64,000 bases of DNA, taken from the NCBI GenBank assembly GCA_050506795.1, contig JBJHCF010000001.1, positions 224,001 through 288,000 of the forward strand. Direction: 5' to 3'. The notes beneath the pieces were generated by a model. The model worked only from the letters and a program-made list of their open reading frames with translations, did no database searches and was not told the origin of the DNA. Shown piece by piece: positions 8,035-17,537 of this stretch. The DNA is from Opitutia bacterium (GTDB lineage Bacteria > Verrucomicrobiota > Verrucomicrobiia > Opitutales > T3Sed10-336). A program made the translations under genes and the position numbers. Within the stretch, counting starts at the first letter, position 1. Each line of letters opens with the position of its first letter.

Positions 8035-9819
8035 TCATCGGGCGAAGAGGAAAAACACCAGGAGCATTACCGCCAGGGCGGCGAAAACCAGGGTGAGGCT
8101 TTGCTGCAGGGAGCCCCGCTGGAGCGGGCGCAGGCGGGATCCGAGGTCGCGCACGGAGTGGGCGGTGCCGTCCACGGCGCGATCGATCACGTGGCTGTCG
8201 AAGACGGCCATGAGCAGGGCGGAGCGCATAAGCGGGAGGAGGCCGCCCTTCTCGTGGAGATTGCCCCAGGCGCGGTCGAAGAGCTGGAGCGGGGTCCGGG
8301 CGAAACGCAGGATGGCGTTTCCGGTCACCCGGTAGAACCGGTCCAGGTCGAGCGTGACCGAGGCCGTCGGCGCCAGCTTGTTCCGCAGCAGAGCGAAACC
8401 AAGGGCGGCGGAGAGCAGGAGCAGGAACGTCTCCGAAAGATGGTAGGAGGTGTAGGGCTGGTAATCGACTGTGTAGGGGAGCAGCCGATACAGCGATCCC
8501 GGAAAGATTCCCATGAAGAAACAGAGGAACGCCGTGGCGCCCATCGCGGCGTTCATGTTCCAGCCCGGGTCGGCGGCCTTCCTCCAGGTTTCCTCCGACG
8601 CGCGGCGCTCGCCGAACCAGGTGAAGTAGATGAGCTTGAGCCCGGTGTGAAGGAACGTGCCCACGGACGCGATCATGAGCAGGTAAACCGCCCAGTAGTG
8701 GTGCGCCTCGTAGCCCGCGGCGATGGTCATCGATTTGCTGATGAAGCCGCTGAAGAACGGGAAGGCCGAAATGGATAGCCCTCCGATGAGGGTGAAGAAC
8801 ATCGTCCACGGCATCCTGGCGTACAGCCCGCCGAGTTCTGTGAACTTGCTCTTGCCGGTCATGAACAGGACGGCGCCCGTTCCCATGAAGAGCAGTCCTT
8901 TGTAGAGAATATGCGTGAAGGCGTGGGCGATGGTTCCGTTGATCGCCATCGCCGTGCCGATACCGACGCCGGCCACCATGAAACCCACCTGGCTGACGAT
9001 GTGGTAGGAGAGCAGGCGCCGGGGGTCGTTGGCGAGAAAGGCGTAAACGACGCCGTAAAGCGCCATGATGACTCCGAGGACGATGAGAATCTCAAACCCG
9101 GCGAATCCCCGGCAGAGGGCGTACACCGCTGTCTTGGTCGTAAAGGCGCACAGAAAGACCGAGCCGCTGAAGGTGGCGGCGGAATAGGCGTCGGGCAGCC
9201 ACGCATGCAGCGGGGGCACCGCCGCGTTGAGGAGGAATCCGACCAGGATCAGCCACACCGCGAGCGAGGGGTCCTCGGGGGAGAACGCGTTGAAACTGAA
9301 ATCGCCTCCCTGCGCGGCGCCATGGAGGACGATGCCGGCCAGGAGGATCACGCCGCCGGCGGTGTGGACGAGCAGATACCGGAAACCGGCCGCGAGGGAC
9401 GCCGGCGTTCGGCGCGCCCAGATGAGGAAAACCGACGAGATCGCCATCAGTTCCCAGAAGAGAAAGAGGACCAGCAGGTCGCCCGCGAAGATCACGCCCA
9501 GCGAGCCGGCCACGTAGGTCCAGGCTGCCACGTGTTCGCCGGTGTTTTCGACCTTCAGTGCGTACAGGGTGCCCAGTAGGCACATCAGCGCCATGATGAT
9601 GGCGAAGACCCGGCTGATCGCGTCCACCCGTCCGAACTCGAGGGTCCAGTCCAGGAAGCGCACGTTCCCGAACTCGCCCATCGGCATGGTCGCAACGAGT
9701 GCGAAAACGCCCGCGGGCACGGCAAGCAGCCAGACCTTTCGGAACGCCTTCGGCAGGATCGGCAGCAGGGCGGCGCCCAGGAGGAGAAGGAGCGAGGGAT
9801 GCAGCCAGAGTTCATTCAT
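8035..9819 (-). CDS. Antiporter-like subunit (MrpA/D-like, occupying the NuoL role) with a NuoL-like C-terminal helix and final TM segment
   Basis: FLFWELM, PPLHAWLPDAY, RRLLSYHIVSQVGFM, HILYKGLLFM. The C-terminus VIDRAVDG...LRPLQRGSLQQSL plus a TM resembles the NuoL lateral-helix end. Confidence 0.8.
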   Translation of the reverse strand: MNELWLHPSLLLLLGAALLPILPKAFRKVWLLAVPAGVFALVATMPMGEFGNVRFLDWTLEFGRVDAISRVFAIIMALMCLLGTLYALKVENTGEHVAAWTYVAGSLGVIFAGDLLVLFLFWELMAISSVFLIWARRTPASLAAGFRYLLVHTAGGVILLAGIVLHGAAQGGDFSFNAFSPEDPSLAVWLILVGFLLNAAVPPLHAWLPDAYSAATFSGSVFLCAFTTKTAVYALCRGFAGFEILIVLGVIMALYGVVYAFLANDPRRLLSYHIVSQVGFMVAGVGIGTAMAINGTIAHAFTHILYKGLLFMGTGAVLFMTGKSKFTELGGLYARMPWTMFFTLIGGLSISAFPFFSGFISKSMTIAAGYEAHHYWAVYLLMIASVGTFLHTGLKLIYFTWFGERRASEETWRKAADPGWNMNAAMGATAFLCFFMGIFPGSLYRLLPYTVDYQPYTSYHLSETFLLLLSAALGFALLRNKLAPTASVTLDLDRFYRVTGNAILRFARTPLQLFDRAWGNLHEKGGLLPLMRSALLMAVFDSHVIDRAVDGTAHSVRDLGSRLRPLQRGSLQQSLTLVFAALAVMLLVFFLFAR

Positions 9820-10072
9820 CGAACTTGTCCTCCGGCTGTTGGATGCCGAGATTACCGGCGGTTTTGGCGAAGATCACAAGCAGGGCGCTCGCGGCGAGTC
9901 CGTAAACGGCCCAGAATCCGGGCAGCCGTTCGGCGGCGGTGTGGGCCTCCGATTTGTCCACCAGAAAAGGGAGGGCGTCGAGCACGACAAACAGCACCAG
10001 CAATCCCCACCCGGCCTTCAGGAGGAGGCTGGAACGCGCGCGCAGGAATTCTATGATGCGGAGAAGAATCAT
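9812..10072 (-). CDS. Small membrane protein between the two antiporter-like subunits
   Basis: 86 aa from MILLRIIEFL, two hydrophobic segments, LPGFWAVYG motif. Overlaps both neighbouring genes. Confidence 0.7.
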   Translation of the reverse strand: MILLRIIEFLRARSSLLLKAGWGLLVLFVVLDALPFLVDKSEAHTAAERLPGFWAVYGLAASALLVIFAKTAGNLGIQQPEDKFDE

Positions 10073-11544
10073 GGCAGGACGAGATGGACGAATTGCATGA
10101 AGAAACCGGGAAAGATCCCGATGGCGACGGACAGCAGGGCCGTGATCATGAGCGGAACCACGATCAGAGCGGAGGCGTCCCGCACGGGGCCGTCCTTTGT
10201 TTCGGCGGAGCGCTCTCCGAAAAAGCCTTGATAGACGATCGGGCCGAAGTAGGCCGCGTTGAGCACTGTGCTGGTGAGGAGGATCAGGATCACGGTCATC
10301 GATCCCGCGTCCCACGCTCCCAGCAGGAGGTGCCACTTGCTGATGAATCCGGCCACCCCGGGAACGCCGATCATGCTCAGCGAGGCGATGGCAAAGGCGG
10401 CGAACGTCCACGGCATCGCCCGCCCCAGGCCCCCCATCTCCGAGATCTTTTTGCGGCGGGCGACCACGTAGATGGCGCCGGCGCAGAAGAACAGGGTGAT
10501 TTTGGCGAACGCGTGATTGGCGATATGGATCAACCCGCCGGCGATCCCGTAGGGTGTCAGCAAGGCCACACCGAGCACGATGTAGGCGAGTTGACTGACC
10601 GTGGAAAAGGCGAGCCGCGCCTTAAGATCATCTTTGCCCAGGGCGATGAGCGACGCCGCGATGATCGTGATCGACACGAACCACGCCGTCGGCAGACCGA
10701 GATTGAGGTCGGCCATGGTCTCCGTGCCGAAGACATAGAGCATGACCCGCACCGTGGCGAAGACCCCCACCTTGACGACGGCGACCGCGTGCAGGAGGGC
10801 GCTCACCGGGGTGGGCGCCACCATGGCGCCCGGCAGCCAGTGGTGGAGCGGCATGAGGCCGTTTTTCGCGAAACCGATGAGGAAGGCGATGTAGAGCCCG
10901 ATCACGAGCCAGCGGTGCGCGCCTTCCGAAAATACCCCGGCGGCGGCGTCGTGGGCGAAGTCCAGGTTGCCGTTGAGAACGTAAAGGAGAACCATCGCCG
11001 GCAGGACCAGCGCCTTGGCAGTGACCGTGAGGTAGGCGAGGTACTTTCGCCCGCCGGCGTAGCCCTCGCGATCCTGGTGGTGCGCGACGAGCGGATAGGT
11101 CGTGATGCTGACGATCTCGTAAAAGAGATAGAGCGTGAGGAGATTGTCGGAAAAGGCGCAACCGATGGCGCCGAAAAGGGCGAGGGCGAAACAGGTATTG
11201 AAGCGCGTCTGCGATTTCTCGCCGAGACCCCGCATGTATCCGGCCGAGTAAAACACCGCGAGAATCCAGAGAGCGGCGGCCGTGAGCGCGAAGACCATCG
11301 ACAGCGGGTCGGCCCGCAGGGTGAAGCTCAGTCCGGGCAACAGTTCGAAGATCGTCCATTTGAAGGTACGCCCTTCCAGGATGTCGGGGATGAAGGAAAC
11401 CACGGTTCCGAGGAGCGCCACCGCGGCGAGCAGTGAGACCGCCTCGCGCAGGTTGGGGCGCTTGCCCGCGACCATAATCAGGCCCGCCCCGAGGAGCGGA
11501 ATGAGGATTGCGATCAGCAGGCGCGGTTCGGCGATCGGCTCCAT
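10069..11544 (-). CDS. Monovalent cation/H+ antiporter subunit D-family protein (additional antiporter-like subunit)
   Basis: LFYEIVS, KNGLMPLHHWLPGAMVAPTPVSALLHAVAVVKVG, LKARLAFSTVSQLAY, HAFAKITLFF. Confidence 0.85.
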   Translation of the reverse strand: MEPIAEPRLLIAILIPLLGAGLIMVAGKRPNLREAVSLLAAVALLGTVVSFIPDILEGRTFKWTIFELLPGLSFTLRADPLSMVFALTAAALWILAVFYSAGYMRGLGEKSQTRFNTCFALALFGAIGCAFSDNLLTLYLFYEIVSITTYPLVAHHQDREGYAGGRKYLAYLTVTAKALVLPAMVLLYVLNGNLDFAHDAAAGVFSEGAHRWLVIGLYIAFLIGFAKNGLMPLHHWLPGAMVAPTPVSALLHAVAVVKVGVFATVRVMLYVFGTETMADLNLGLPTAWFVSITIIAASLIALGKDDLKARLAFSTVSQLAYIVLGVALLTPYGIAGGLIHIANHAFAKITLFFCAGAIYVVARRKKISEMGGLGRAMPWTFAAFAIASLSMIGVPGVAGFISKWHLLLGAWDAGSMTVILILLTSTVLNAAYFGPIVYQGFFGERSAETKDGPVRDASALIVVPLMITALLSVAIGIFPGFFMQFVHLVLP

Positions 11545-11548
11545 CGTC

Positions 11549-11875
11549 TCAGCCCTCCATCTCCGAAAGCTCAGCGGTCCGGATGGACCGGTAATTGCGG
11601 TAAACCGCGATGATGATGCTCAAGGCGATCGCCGCCTCCGCCGCTGAAAGCCCGATGATAAAGAGCACGAAGACTTGACCGGTCGCGGGCTCGGTCACAA
11701 AAAACCGGCTCACCGCCAGGAGGTTGAGCATGGCGGCTCCGAAGATGAGTTCACCGGAGATAAGCATTCCGACCAGCGTGTGACGCCGGAGCAGACCGAA
11801 GAGGCCGATGGCGAAAAGCAGGGCCGCCAGGACGAGATAGACGGAAGGATTCTGATGCAGTTCGAACAGGTTCAT
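11549..11875 (-). CDS. nuoK: Complex I-like subunit K
   Basis: LFAIGLFG, ISGELI, AAEAAIALSII; three TM segments. Confidence 0.9.
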   Translation of the reverse strand: MNLFELHQNPSVYLVLAALLFAIGLFGLLRRHTLVGMLISGELIFGAAMLNLLAVSRFFVTEPATGQVFVLFIIGLSAAEAAIALSIIIAVYRNYRSIRTAELSEMEG

Positions 11876-12402
11876 TCCATGTGCCTTCCTTTCCGGGCGA
11901 TGGCGATGGCTCCCAGGATCGAGACGAGAAGGACGAGGGCGATTGTAATGAAAGCGAGACTGTGCGTGGTGAGAAGGGCGACACCGATCTGTTCGACGGA
12001 TCCGCTGTTCGCCTGTGCGACCGGCGCGGGCCAGTCACTCGACACACCGATCCAGGCGAGCCCGAGAAAAACCCCGCCGGCCGCGACTGCCGCACCCAGT
12101 GTCCAGGAGACGGTGTGCCCGCCGTCGGCATCCGCCGGTTCGTCGGGCTCGGCTAGCATGATGGCGAAAATAATGGTGATACAGACCGCCCCGATGTAGA
12201 TGAGGATGTGGATCATCGCCAAAAAGGGGCTGCCAAGAAAGTAGAACATACCCGCCAGGCCCACCGAGGCCAGGGCCAGACCGCAGACGCTGCGGATGAT
12301 CCACTTTGTGAATACGGCAAGGAGCGCCCCGGAGACCGCTGCTCCGAGAAAGAAAAGAAAGACGAGCGCGATGATCAAATCCGCGGCGGGAAACGGGCTC
12401 AT
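11872..12402 (-). CDS. nuoJ: Complex I-like subunit J
   Basis: FLAMIHILIYIGA motif, five TM segments. Start set at MSPFPAADL, which overlaps the nuoI stop. Confidence 0.88.
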   Translation of the reverse strand: MSPFPAADLIIALVFLFFLGAAVSGALLAVFTKWIIRSVCGLALASVGLAGMFYFLGSPFLAMIHILIYIGAVCITIIFAIMLAEPDEPADADGGHTVSWTLGAAVAAGGVFLGLAWIGVSSDWPAPVAQANSGSVEQIGVALLTTHSLAFITIALVLLVSILGAIAIARKGRHME

Positions 12403-12848
12403 TCTTTTCCAGTCCTTTCGTCGAGATCCTTGCAAAGGTCGATTCGGCGGAATCGTTCCTTGTCGCCGGAGGCCAGGTTGTAGCGTTTGGAGAATTCGAT
12501 CGCGTCGGTCGGACAGACTTCCACACACGCCCCGCAGAGACTGCACTGGGTGAAGTTGAGCTCGTAGCTGGTGACCAATTTTTTTCGCGCTCCCTCCTTT
12601 TTCTCGCCTTCAACGAGAATGCAGGCGCTCGGGCAGGCGTTGGCGCACATATTGCAGGCAATGCACTTTGAGGCACCGTTTTCGTCGGGGACAAAGATGA
12701 TGTGCGAGCGGTATCGGGGCGCCATTTTCAGGCTTTCGCGGGGGTAGTGAACGGTGACCGGCTTGCGGAAAAACTGCTTCAGAGTGATGCCCATTCCGAT
12801 CATGAGACTGAGGAATCCACCGACGACGTCTTTGAAGATGTTTTTCAT
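12399..12848 (-). CDS. nuoI: Complex I-like subunit I (2x[4Fe-4S])
   Basis: VTVHYP, CIACNMCANACP, CSLCGACVEVCP. Confidence 0.92.
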   Translation of the reverse strand: MKNIFKDVVGGFLSLMIGMGITLKQFFRKPVTVHYPRESLKMAPRYRSHIIFVPDENGASKCIACNMCANACPSACILVEGEKKEGARKKLVTSYELNFTQCSLCGACVEVCPTDAIEFSKRYNLASGDKERFRRIDLCKDLDERTGKE

Positions 12849-12854
12849 GGCAGT

Positions 12855-13844
12855 TCAGAAGATTTTGATCATGACACTGGTGAGTAGGAGGGTGACCAGC
12901 GATACGGGGATGAGAATTTTCCAGGAAAGGTTGAGCAGCCCGTAAAACTGGGTGCGCGGGAAGGTCCAGCGGACCCAGATGACGACAAAAATCAGGAGGT
13001 AGAGCTTGAGGAGGAACCAGACGACTCCCGGGAAGATACCGATCGGGCTGTGCCAGCCGCCGAAGAAGAGGATGACTGCGAGGGCGCAGCCGATGATGAT
13101 GTTGGCGTATTCCGCCATAAAAAACACACCGAAGCCCATACCTGCGTACTCGGTGTAGGCGCCGGCCACCAGTTCGCTTTCCGCTTCCGCCATGTCAAAA
13201 GGGGCGCGGTTGGTTTCGGAGAGCATGCAGACGAAGAAAATGATGAACGTCACCGGCATGAGGGGATTCGCCGCCAACTGGAAAAGGTTCCAGTTCCAGA
13301 ACACCCCGGCCTGTTGGTCCACGATAGCGTTGAGGCTGAGCGTTCCGGTGATCAGGAGCATGGTGATGATGACAAGCATCATCGGAATCTCGTAGGCGAC
13401 GTTCTGCGAGACGACGCGCGCGGCGGAAATGATGCCGTATTTATTGCGCGAGGACCAGCCGGCGAGCATGACGGCGATGACGTTGAACGAACTGAAGGCG
13501 AAGAGGGCGATGAGGCCGACATTGAAATCGATGGCCGAGAGCTGTTCGCTGAAGGGAAGAATGGCAAAGGCCATGATCGCCGGCGGCATCATCATGATCG
13601 GGGCCATGCGGAAGAGGAACCGGTCGGCTCCCGGCGGCACGATGAGCTGCTTCGACATCAGCTTGAGTGCGTCGGCGATCGGTTGCAGCAGACCGGCGTA
13701 GCCGACCTCGGTCGGTCCGGCCCGGCGTTGAAAACGTCCCGCGCTCTTGCGCTCGACCCATACCAGATAGGCCGCGTTGAGTCCGACGAATGCGGCCGTA
13801 CCGAGGACGAAAAGAAGGAGTCGAAGTGGTTCGGCGGCGGTCAT
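12855..13844 (-). CDS. nuoH: Complex I-like subunit H
   Basis: ERKSAGRFQRRAGP, GLLQPIADALKL, ETNRAPFDMAEAESELVAG, WVRWTFPR. Confidence 0.95.
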   Translation of the reverse strand: MTAAEPLRLLLFVLGTAAFVGLNAAYLVWVERKSAGRFQRRAGPTEVGYAGLLQPIADALKLMSKQLIVPPGADRFLFRMAPIMMMPPAIMAFAILPFSEQLSAIDFNVGLIALFAFSSFNVIAVMLAGWSSRNKYGIISAARVVSQNVAYEIPMMLVIITMLLITGTLSLNAIVDQQAGVFWNWNLFQLAANPLMPVTFIIFFVCMLSETNRAPFDMAEAESELVAGAYTEYAGMGFGVFFMAEYANIIIGCALAVILFFGGWHSPIGIFPGVVWFLLKLYLLIFVVIWVRWTFPRTQFYGLLNLSWKILIPVSLVTLLLTSVMIKIF

Positions 13845-14968
13845 CGGTCGACGTCGGGTATCACCAGGTCGAGGCTGCCCATCATGGCGATGCCGTCGGC
13901 CAGCATCATCCCGCGGGCGGCTTCCTCGAAGAGGCTGAGGTTGGCGAAACTGGGAGTACGGAGGCGAATTCGGTGGGGAATGGGCTTGCCGTTGCTCACG
14001 ATGCGGACTTCGAAGCGCCCGCGCGCGGCCTCGGTGGCGAAGCAGTACTCCCCGGCGGGAACCTTGATCACCCGCGGCACCTTAGCCATCACGGGTCCGT
14101 CCGGCAACCGCTCCAGCGCCTGCTCGATGATGCGCAGGCTCTGCTCCATCTCCTCCATGCGCACCTTGTAGCGGCCCATGCTGTCGGCCGCGGGATCGGT
14201 CGCGACGTCGAAATCGAACTCGGGGTAAGCCGAGTATGGCTCGGCCCGCCGCACATCGTAGGGAATGCCCGCGCCGCGGATCATCGGGCCGGTGGCCCCG
14301 TATTTTCGGCACATCTCTGCGTCGATGATCCCGATTTCTTCCACGCGTTTGCGGAAGATAATGTTCTCCGAAACCAGGCGCCGGAACATTTTCAGGCGCG
14401 GACGGAACTCTTTTACAAAGGCGTGGGCGCCGGCGATAAAATCGTCGTCGACGTCTTCGAGCACCCCGCCGAACCGGTAATAACAGTATGTCAGGCGGGC
14501 GCCCGTGAGGGCTTCGAGGAGGTCGAGAATTTTTTCGCGGTCGTCGAAGGCATACAGGAGCGGCGTCATTCCGCCGAGGTCGAGCAGGTAGGCCCCCCAC
14601 CAGACGAGGTGGCTGGAAATCCGGTTCAACTCGGACGTGATTACGCGAATATATTCGGCGCGCGGCGGTGGTTCGATCCCGCAGGCCCGCTCGACCGCGC
14701 CCACGTAGGCGTGCGTGTACATCATCGCCGAAAGGTAATCGATCCGGCCGGTATTGGGCAGGAATTGAGCCCAGGTCCGGTTTTCGCCCATCTTCTCGTG
14801 CTCGCGGTGCACATAGCCGGCCACCACCACGGCGTCCCTGATGAACTCGCCGTCCATGGTCAGCTTGATCCGCAGCACGCCGTGAGTGGCGGGATGCTGA
14901 GGGCCCAGGTTGAGAACGAACGTTTCCTGGGGGCCGGTGGCGTGAACGGGCTGCAGGTCCAGCTTCAT
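13841..14968 (-). CDS. nuoD: Complex I-like subunit D
   Basis: NLGPQHPATHGVLR, GYVHR, RIDYLS, ELNRISSHL and C-terminal DVDR. No NiFe-binding CxxC pairs. Confidence 0.95.
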   Translation of the reverse strand: MKLDLQPVHATGPQETFVLNLGPQHPATHGVLRIKLTMDGEFIRDAVVVAGYVHREHEKMGENRTWAQFLPNTGRIDYLSAMMYTHAYVGAVERACGIEPPPRAEYIRVITSELNRISSHLVWWGAYLLDLGGMTPLLYAFDDREKILDLLEALTGARLTYCYYRFGGVLEDVDDDFIAGAHAFVKEFRPRLKMFRRLVSENIIFRKRVEEIGIIDAEMCRKYGATGPMIRGAGIPYDVRRAEPYSAYPEFDFDVATDPAADSMGRYKVRMEEMEQSLRIIEQALERLPDGPVMAKVPRVIKVPAGEYCFATEAARGRFEVRIVSNGKPIPHRIRLRTPSFANLSLFEEAARGMMLADGIAMMGSLDLVIPDVDR

Positions 14969-15516
14969 GAGGATTCGGGCTCCGGTTCGGGTTTGAAGTC
15001 CTTGCGCAGGGGATAGCCCTGGAAATCCTCCGGCAGGAGGAGATGAATCGGGTTTGGATGGCCGGTGAATTCGATCCCGAAAAACTCGGCTGTTTCCCGC
15101 TCGTGCCAGTTGGCTCCGGGGAAAACGGCGGAAAGGCTGGGGATGACGGGCCGGTCCCTCGGTATCCGGGTGCGCACAACGACGCGGGCCGGATTCAGGA
15201 AGTGGAGAAAATCGTAGATCAATTCGAACTGGTTCTCATCCGGCCAATCGATCGCGGTGACCATGTCGATGGCAAAACCTTCGTTGTCGAGAATCCCGGC
15301 TGCTTCGAGCACATCGTGCGGCTCGACGGTCAGGTCGAGGTCGTAACCCACTTTGGCGTGTTCCATTCGGCGGCAGGGTTCCGGTGCCACCGCTTCGGGT
15401 CCGGCTTCCTCGTTTGCCTCCGTGCCGGCTTCGGTTGCCGGGGATGGATTCTCAGTTCTCATTGCCGGAAAGCGTTTGGCGAAAAGCCCTTGAAGATTTT
15501 CGATCGGCGGGCTCAT
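14965..15516 (-). CDS. nuoC: Complex I-like subunit C
   Basis: [33 protein letters not shown]. Confidence 0.92.
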   Translation of the reverse strand: MSPPIENLQGLFAKRFPAMRTENPSPATEAGTEANEEAGPEAVAPEPCRRMEHAKVGYDLDLTVEPHDVLEAAGILDNEGFAIDMVTAIDWPDENQFELIYDFLHFLNPARVVVRTRIPRDRPVIPSLSAVFPGANWHERETAEFFGIEFTGHPNPIHLLLPEDFQGYPLRKDFKPEPEPESS

Positions 15517-16043
15517 TCGGTTTCCACTCTGGGCCACCGCCGGTGGCCGGTTATTTTTTGTTCCAACTCAAGGATTCCTTCAATGAGCGCCTCCGGCCGC
15601 GGCGGGCAGCCCGGCACGTAGATGTCGACCGGAAAGAGTTCTTCTACCCCCATCACGACCGAATATTGGTCCGGATTGACGAAGGGGCCTCCCGAAATCG
15701 CGCAGTTGCCCATGGCGATGACCCATTTGGGTTCGGGCATTTGGTCGTAGAGGGTTTTGACCATATCGGCCATCTTCCGGTTGACTGTTCCGGCGACAAT
15801 CATGACGTCGGCCTGCCGCGGGGAGGGCCGAAACACCTCCGCTCCGAAACGGGAGATGTCGAAGCGCGAGGCGCCCGCCGCCATCATTTCAATGGCGCAG
15901 CAGGCCAGTCCGAAGGTCAACGGCCAAAGCGAGTTGGCTCGCCCCAAAGCGATCAGATCGTCGAGTTTGGCGAATTTGACGATGGAGGAAAGATCCGGTT
16001 GAGGAACTGACGGCCCGGAATCGTTGCTTCCTTCGTGATTCAT
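15513..16043 (-). CDS. nuoB: Complex I-like subunit B
   Basis: [43 protein letters not shown]. Confidence 0.95.
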   Translation of the reverse strand: MNHEGSNDSGPSVPQPDLSSIVKFAKLDDLIALGRANSLWPLTFGLACCAIEMMAAGASRFDISRFGAEVFRPSPRQADVMIVAGTVNRKMADMVKTLYDQMPEPKWVIAMGNCAISGGPFVNPDQYSVVMGVEELFPVDIYVPGCPPRPEALIEGILELEQKITGHRRWPRVETE

Positions 16044-16459
16044 AATTCCTCCTTCATGATTTTTGCGGGCGGCGGACGGTTGATCCATTCGAAGACGCCT
16101 TTGATCCAGGCATACACGACCACTAGAGACAGGATTCCGAGAAAAACCGCGAGGCCGATCAGGTCCCGGTAGGGGAACACACGGTCGTAGATGACTGCGA
16201 CCGGGATGAGAAAGATGACGGCCACGGCAAAGGCCACGAAGACCAGGGCGTAAAGGTAGTAAACCGCGCTGTAGCGAATCCAGGCGTCGCCAATGGGCTC
16301 AGCGCCGCACTCAACGAATTGCCCCACCCGGTTCATGGTCTGGCGGGAGCCCCGGGACATTAGCAGGTGGGCAATGAGAATAGGCGCGAGCGCGAAGACG
16401 AACCCGAGAAAACCGAAGGCGATCAGATAGATGATGTGGATCTGTAGCGGTTCGGTCAT
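16040..16459 (-). CDS. nuoA: Complex I-like subunit A
   Basis: [29 protein letters not shown]. Confidence 0.9.
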   Translation of the reverse strand: MTEPLQIHIIYLIAFGFLGFVFALAPILIAHLLMSRGSRQTMNRVGQFVECGAEPIGDAWIRYSAVYYLYALVFVAFAVAVIFLIPVAVIYDRVFPYRDLIGLAVFLGILSLVVVYAWIKGVFEWINRPPPAKIMKEEL

Positions 16460-16608
16460 ACTGCGATTGTCTTTCCTATTCCTTCGGGTTCGATTGCCGG
16501 TCTGGCTCCTGCGGAAAATGCGACGTTTCTCAAAGGAGCATTGTCGCGGATTCCGCTCACTTCTTCTGTGCAGCGATTGCGTTTTACCGGTAGTTCATTG
16601 CTCCATCA

Positions 16609-17532
16609 TCAGGTCAATCTTTCGAGCGCCGAACGAAGTATCTCGGACGCCATCAAGCCCTTCGGTCGCGGCGCCAGCTTGCCGGCGATCTCGGCTTCGT
16701 TCTCGTTGAGGGTCGGGCGGCGCGATCTGTAATAGATCCCGAAATAACCTGGGAAAGCCTTTTTGGTCAGAGAGTAGGCCGCTTCCTCATCGGTAATATC
16801 GTGTCCTGCCGGAACCAGGGGAAACTCACCGCCTTTCCGGGGATTGGCGGCATCGTAGGAACCGCGGTTGAACTGGACGCATTCCGAAAGGCATTCCACC
16901 ACGGAGAAGCCTTCATGGTCGAAAGCCTCCTCAAACATGGCGAGCATATGGTTCGGTTCGGATGCGATCGTGCGGGCGACGAAGCTCGCGCCGCTGGAAA
17001 TCAGCTTCCTGGTGGGATTGAGCGGCGTGGTTTTGGAGCCCCACGGATCGGTTTTCGACCGAAAGCCTTCCGGCGAGGTGGGCGAGGTTTGTTTCTTGGT
17101 CAGACCGTACACCTGGTTGTCCATGACGATCACCGTCATGTGCACGTTCTTGCGGGCGCAGTGGTCGAAATGATTGCCGCCGATTGAGTAGGCGTCGCCG
17201 TCTCCGATAAACACGAAGGGATGGAGGTCGGGACGGGTGAGACTCACTCCGGTTGCGAATGGAAGAATACGTCCGTGGATGAAATGGACGCTGTGGGTGT
17301 TGACGAAGTAGGGAAATCTCGACGAACACCCGATACCGGAGAGGGTGACGATGGATTCCTGCGGCAGCATGCGTTTTTCCAGCAATTTCTGGTAGGTCGC
17401 AAGGACCGTGTAGTCCCCGCATCCCGGGCACCAGGTGGGTTTGTCGGCCTTCAACGAAGCGCGAGTGGCTATGCCGGAGGCCGGGCAGGCGGGGGGGCAT
17501 TCGGTCTTGATTGATGGGATGGATTGTTGCAT
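16609..17532 (-). CDS. 2-oxoacid:ferredoxin oxidoreductase beta subunit (TPP-binding)
   Basis: WCPGCGD, SGIGCSSR, IHGR, GDGD...IGGNH, DNQVYGLTKKQTSPT. Substrate not determinable from sequence. Confidence 0.93.
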   Translation of the reverse strand: MQQSIPSIKTECPPACPASGIATRASLKADKPTWCPGCGDYTVLATYQKLLEKRMLPQESIVTLSGIGCSSRFPYFVNTHSVHFIHGRILPFATGVSLTRPDLHPFVFIGDGDAYSIGGNHFDHCARKNVHMTVIVMDNQVYGLTKKQTSPTSPEGFRSKTDPWGSKTTPLNPTRKLISSGASFVARTIASEPNHMLAMFEEAFDHEGFSVVECLSECVQFNRGSYDAANPRKGGEFPLVPAGHDITDEEAAYSLTKKAFPGYFGIYYRSRRPTLNENEAEIAGKLAPRPKGLMASEILRSALERLT

Positions 17533-17537
17533 GGGAA

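Noticed and set aside
13841..14968. Group 4 [NiFe]-hydrogenase large subunit
   Set aside because: Lacks both CxxC nickel-binding motifs; has NuoD quinone-site residues.
6517..15179. Long alternative-frame and antisense ORFs (e.g. 6517-7911, 10084-11436, 13790-15016, 14082-15179)
   Set aside because: Shadow ORFs expected in GC-rich coding DNA; they overlap well-supported genes and carry no recognisable motifs.
16460..16608. Internal promoter or regulator site before nuoA (gcgac/gtcgc half-sites)
   Set aside because: No convincing sigma54 or sigma70 element; the motif similarity is too weak to call.
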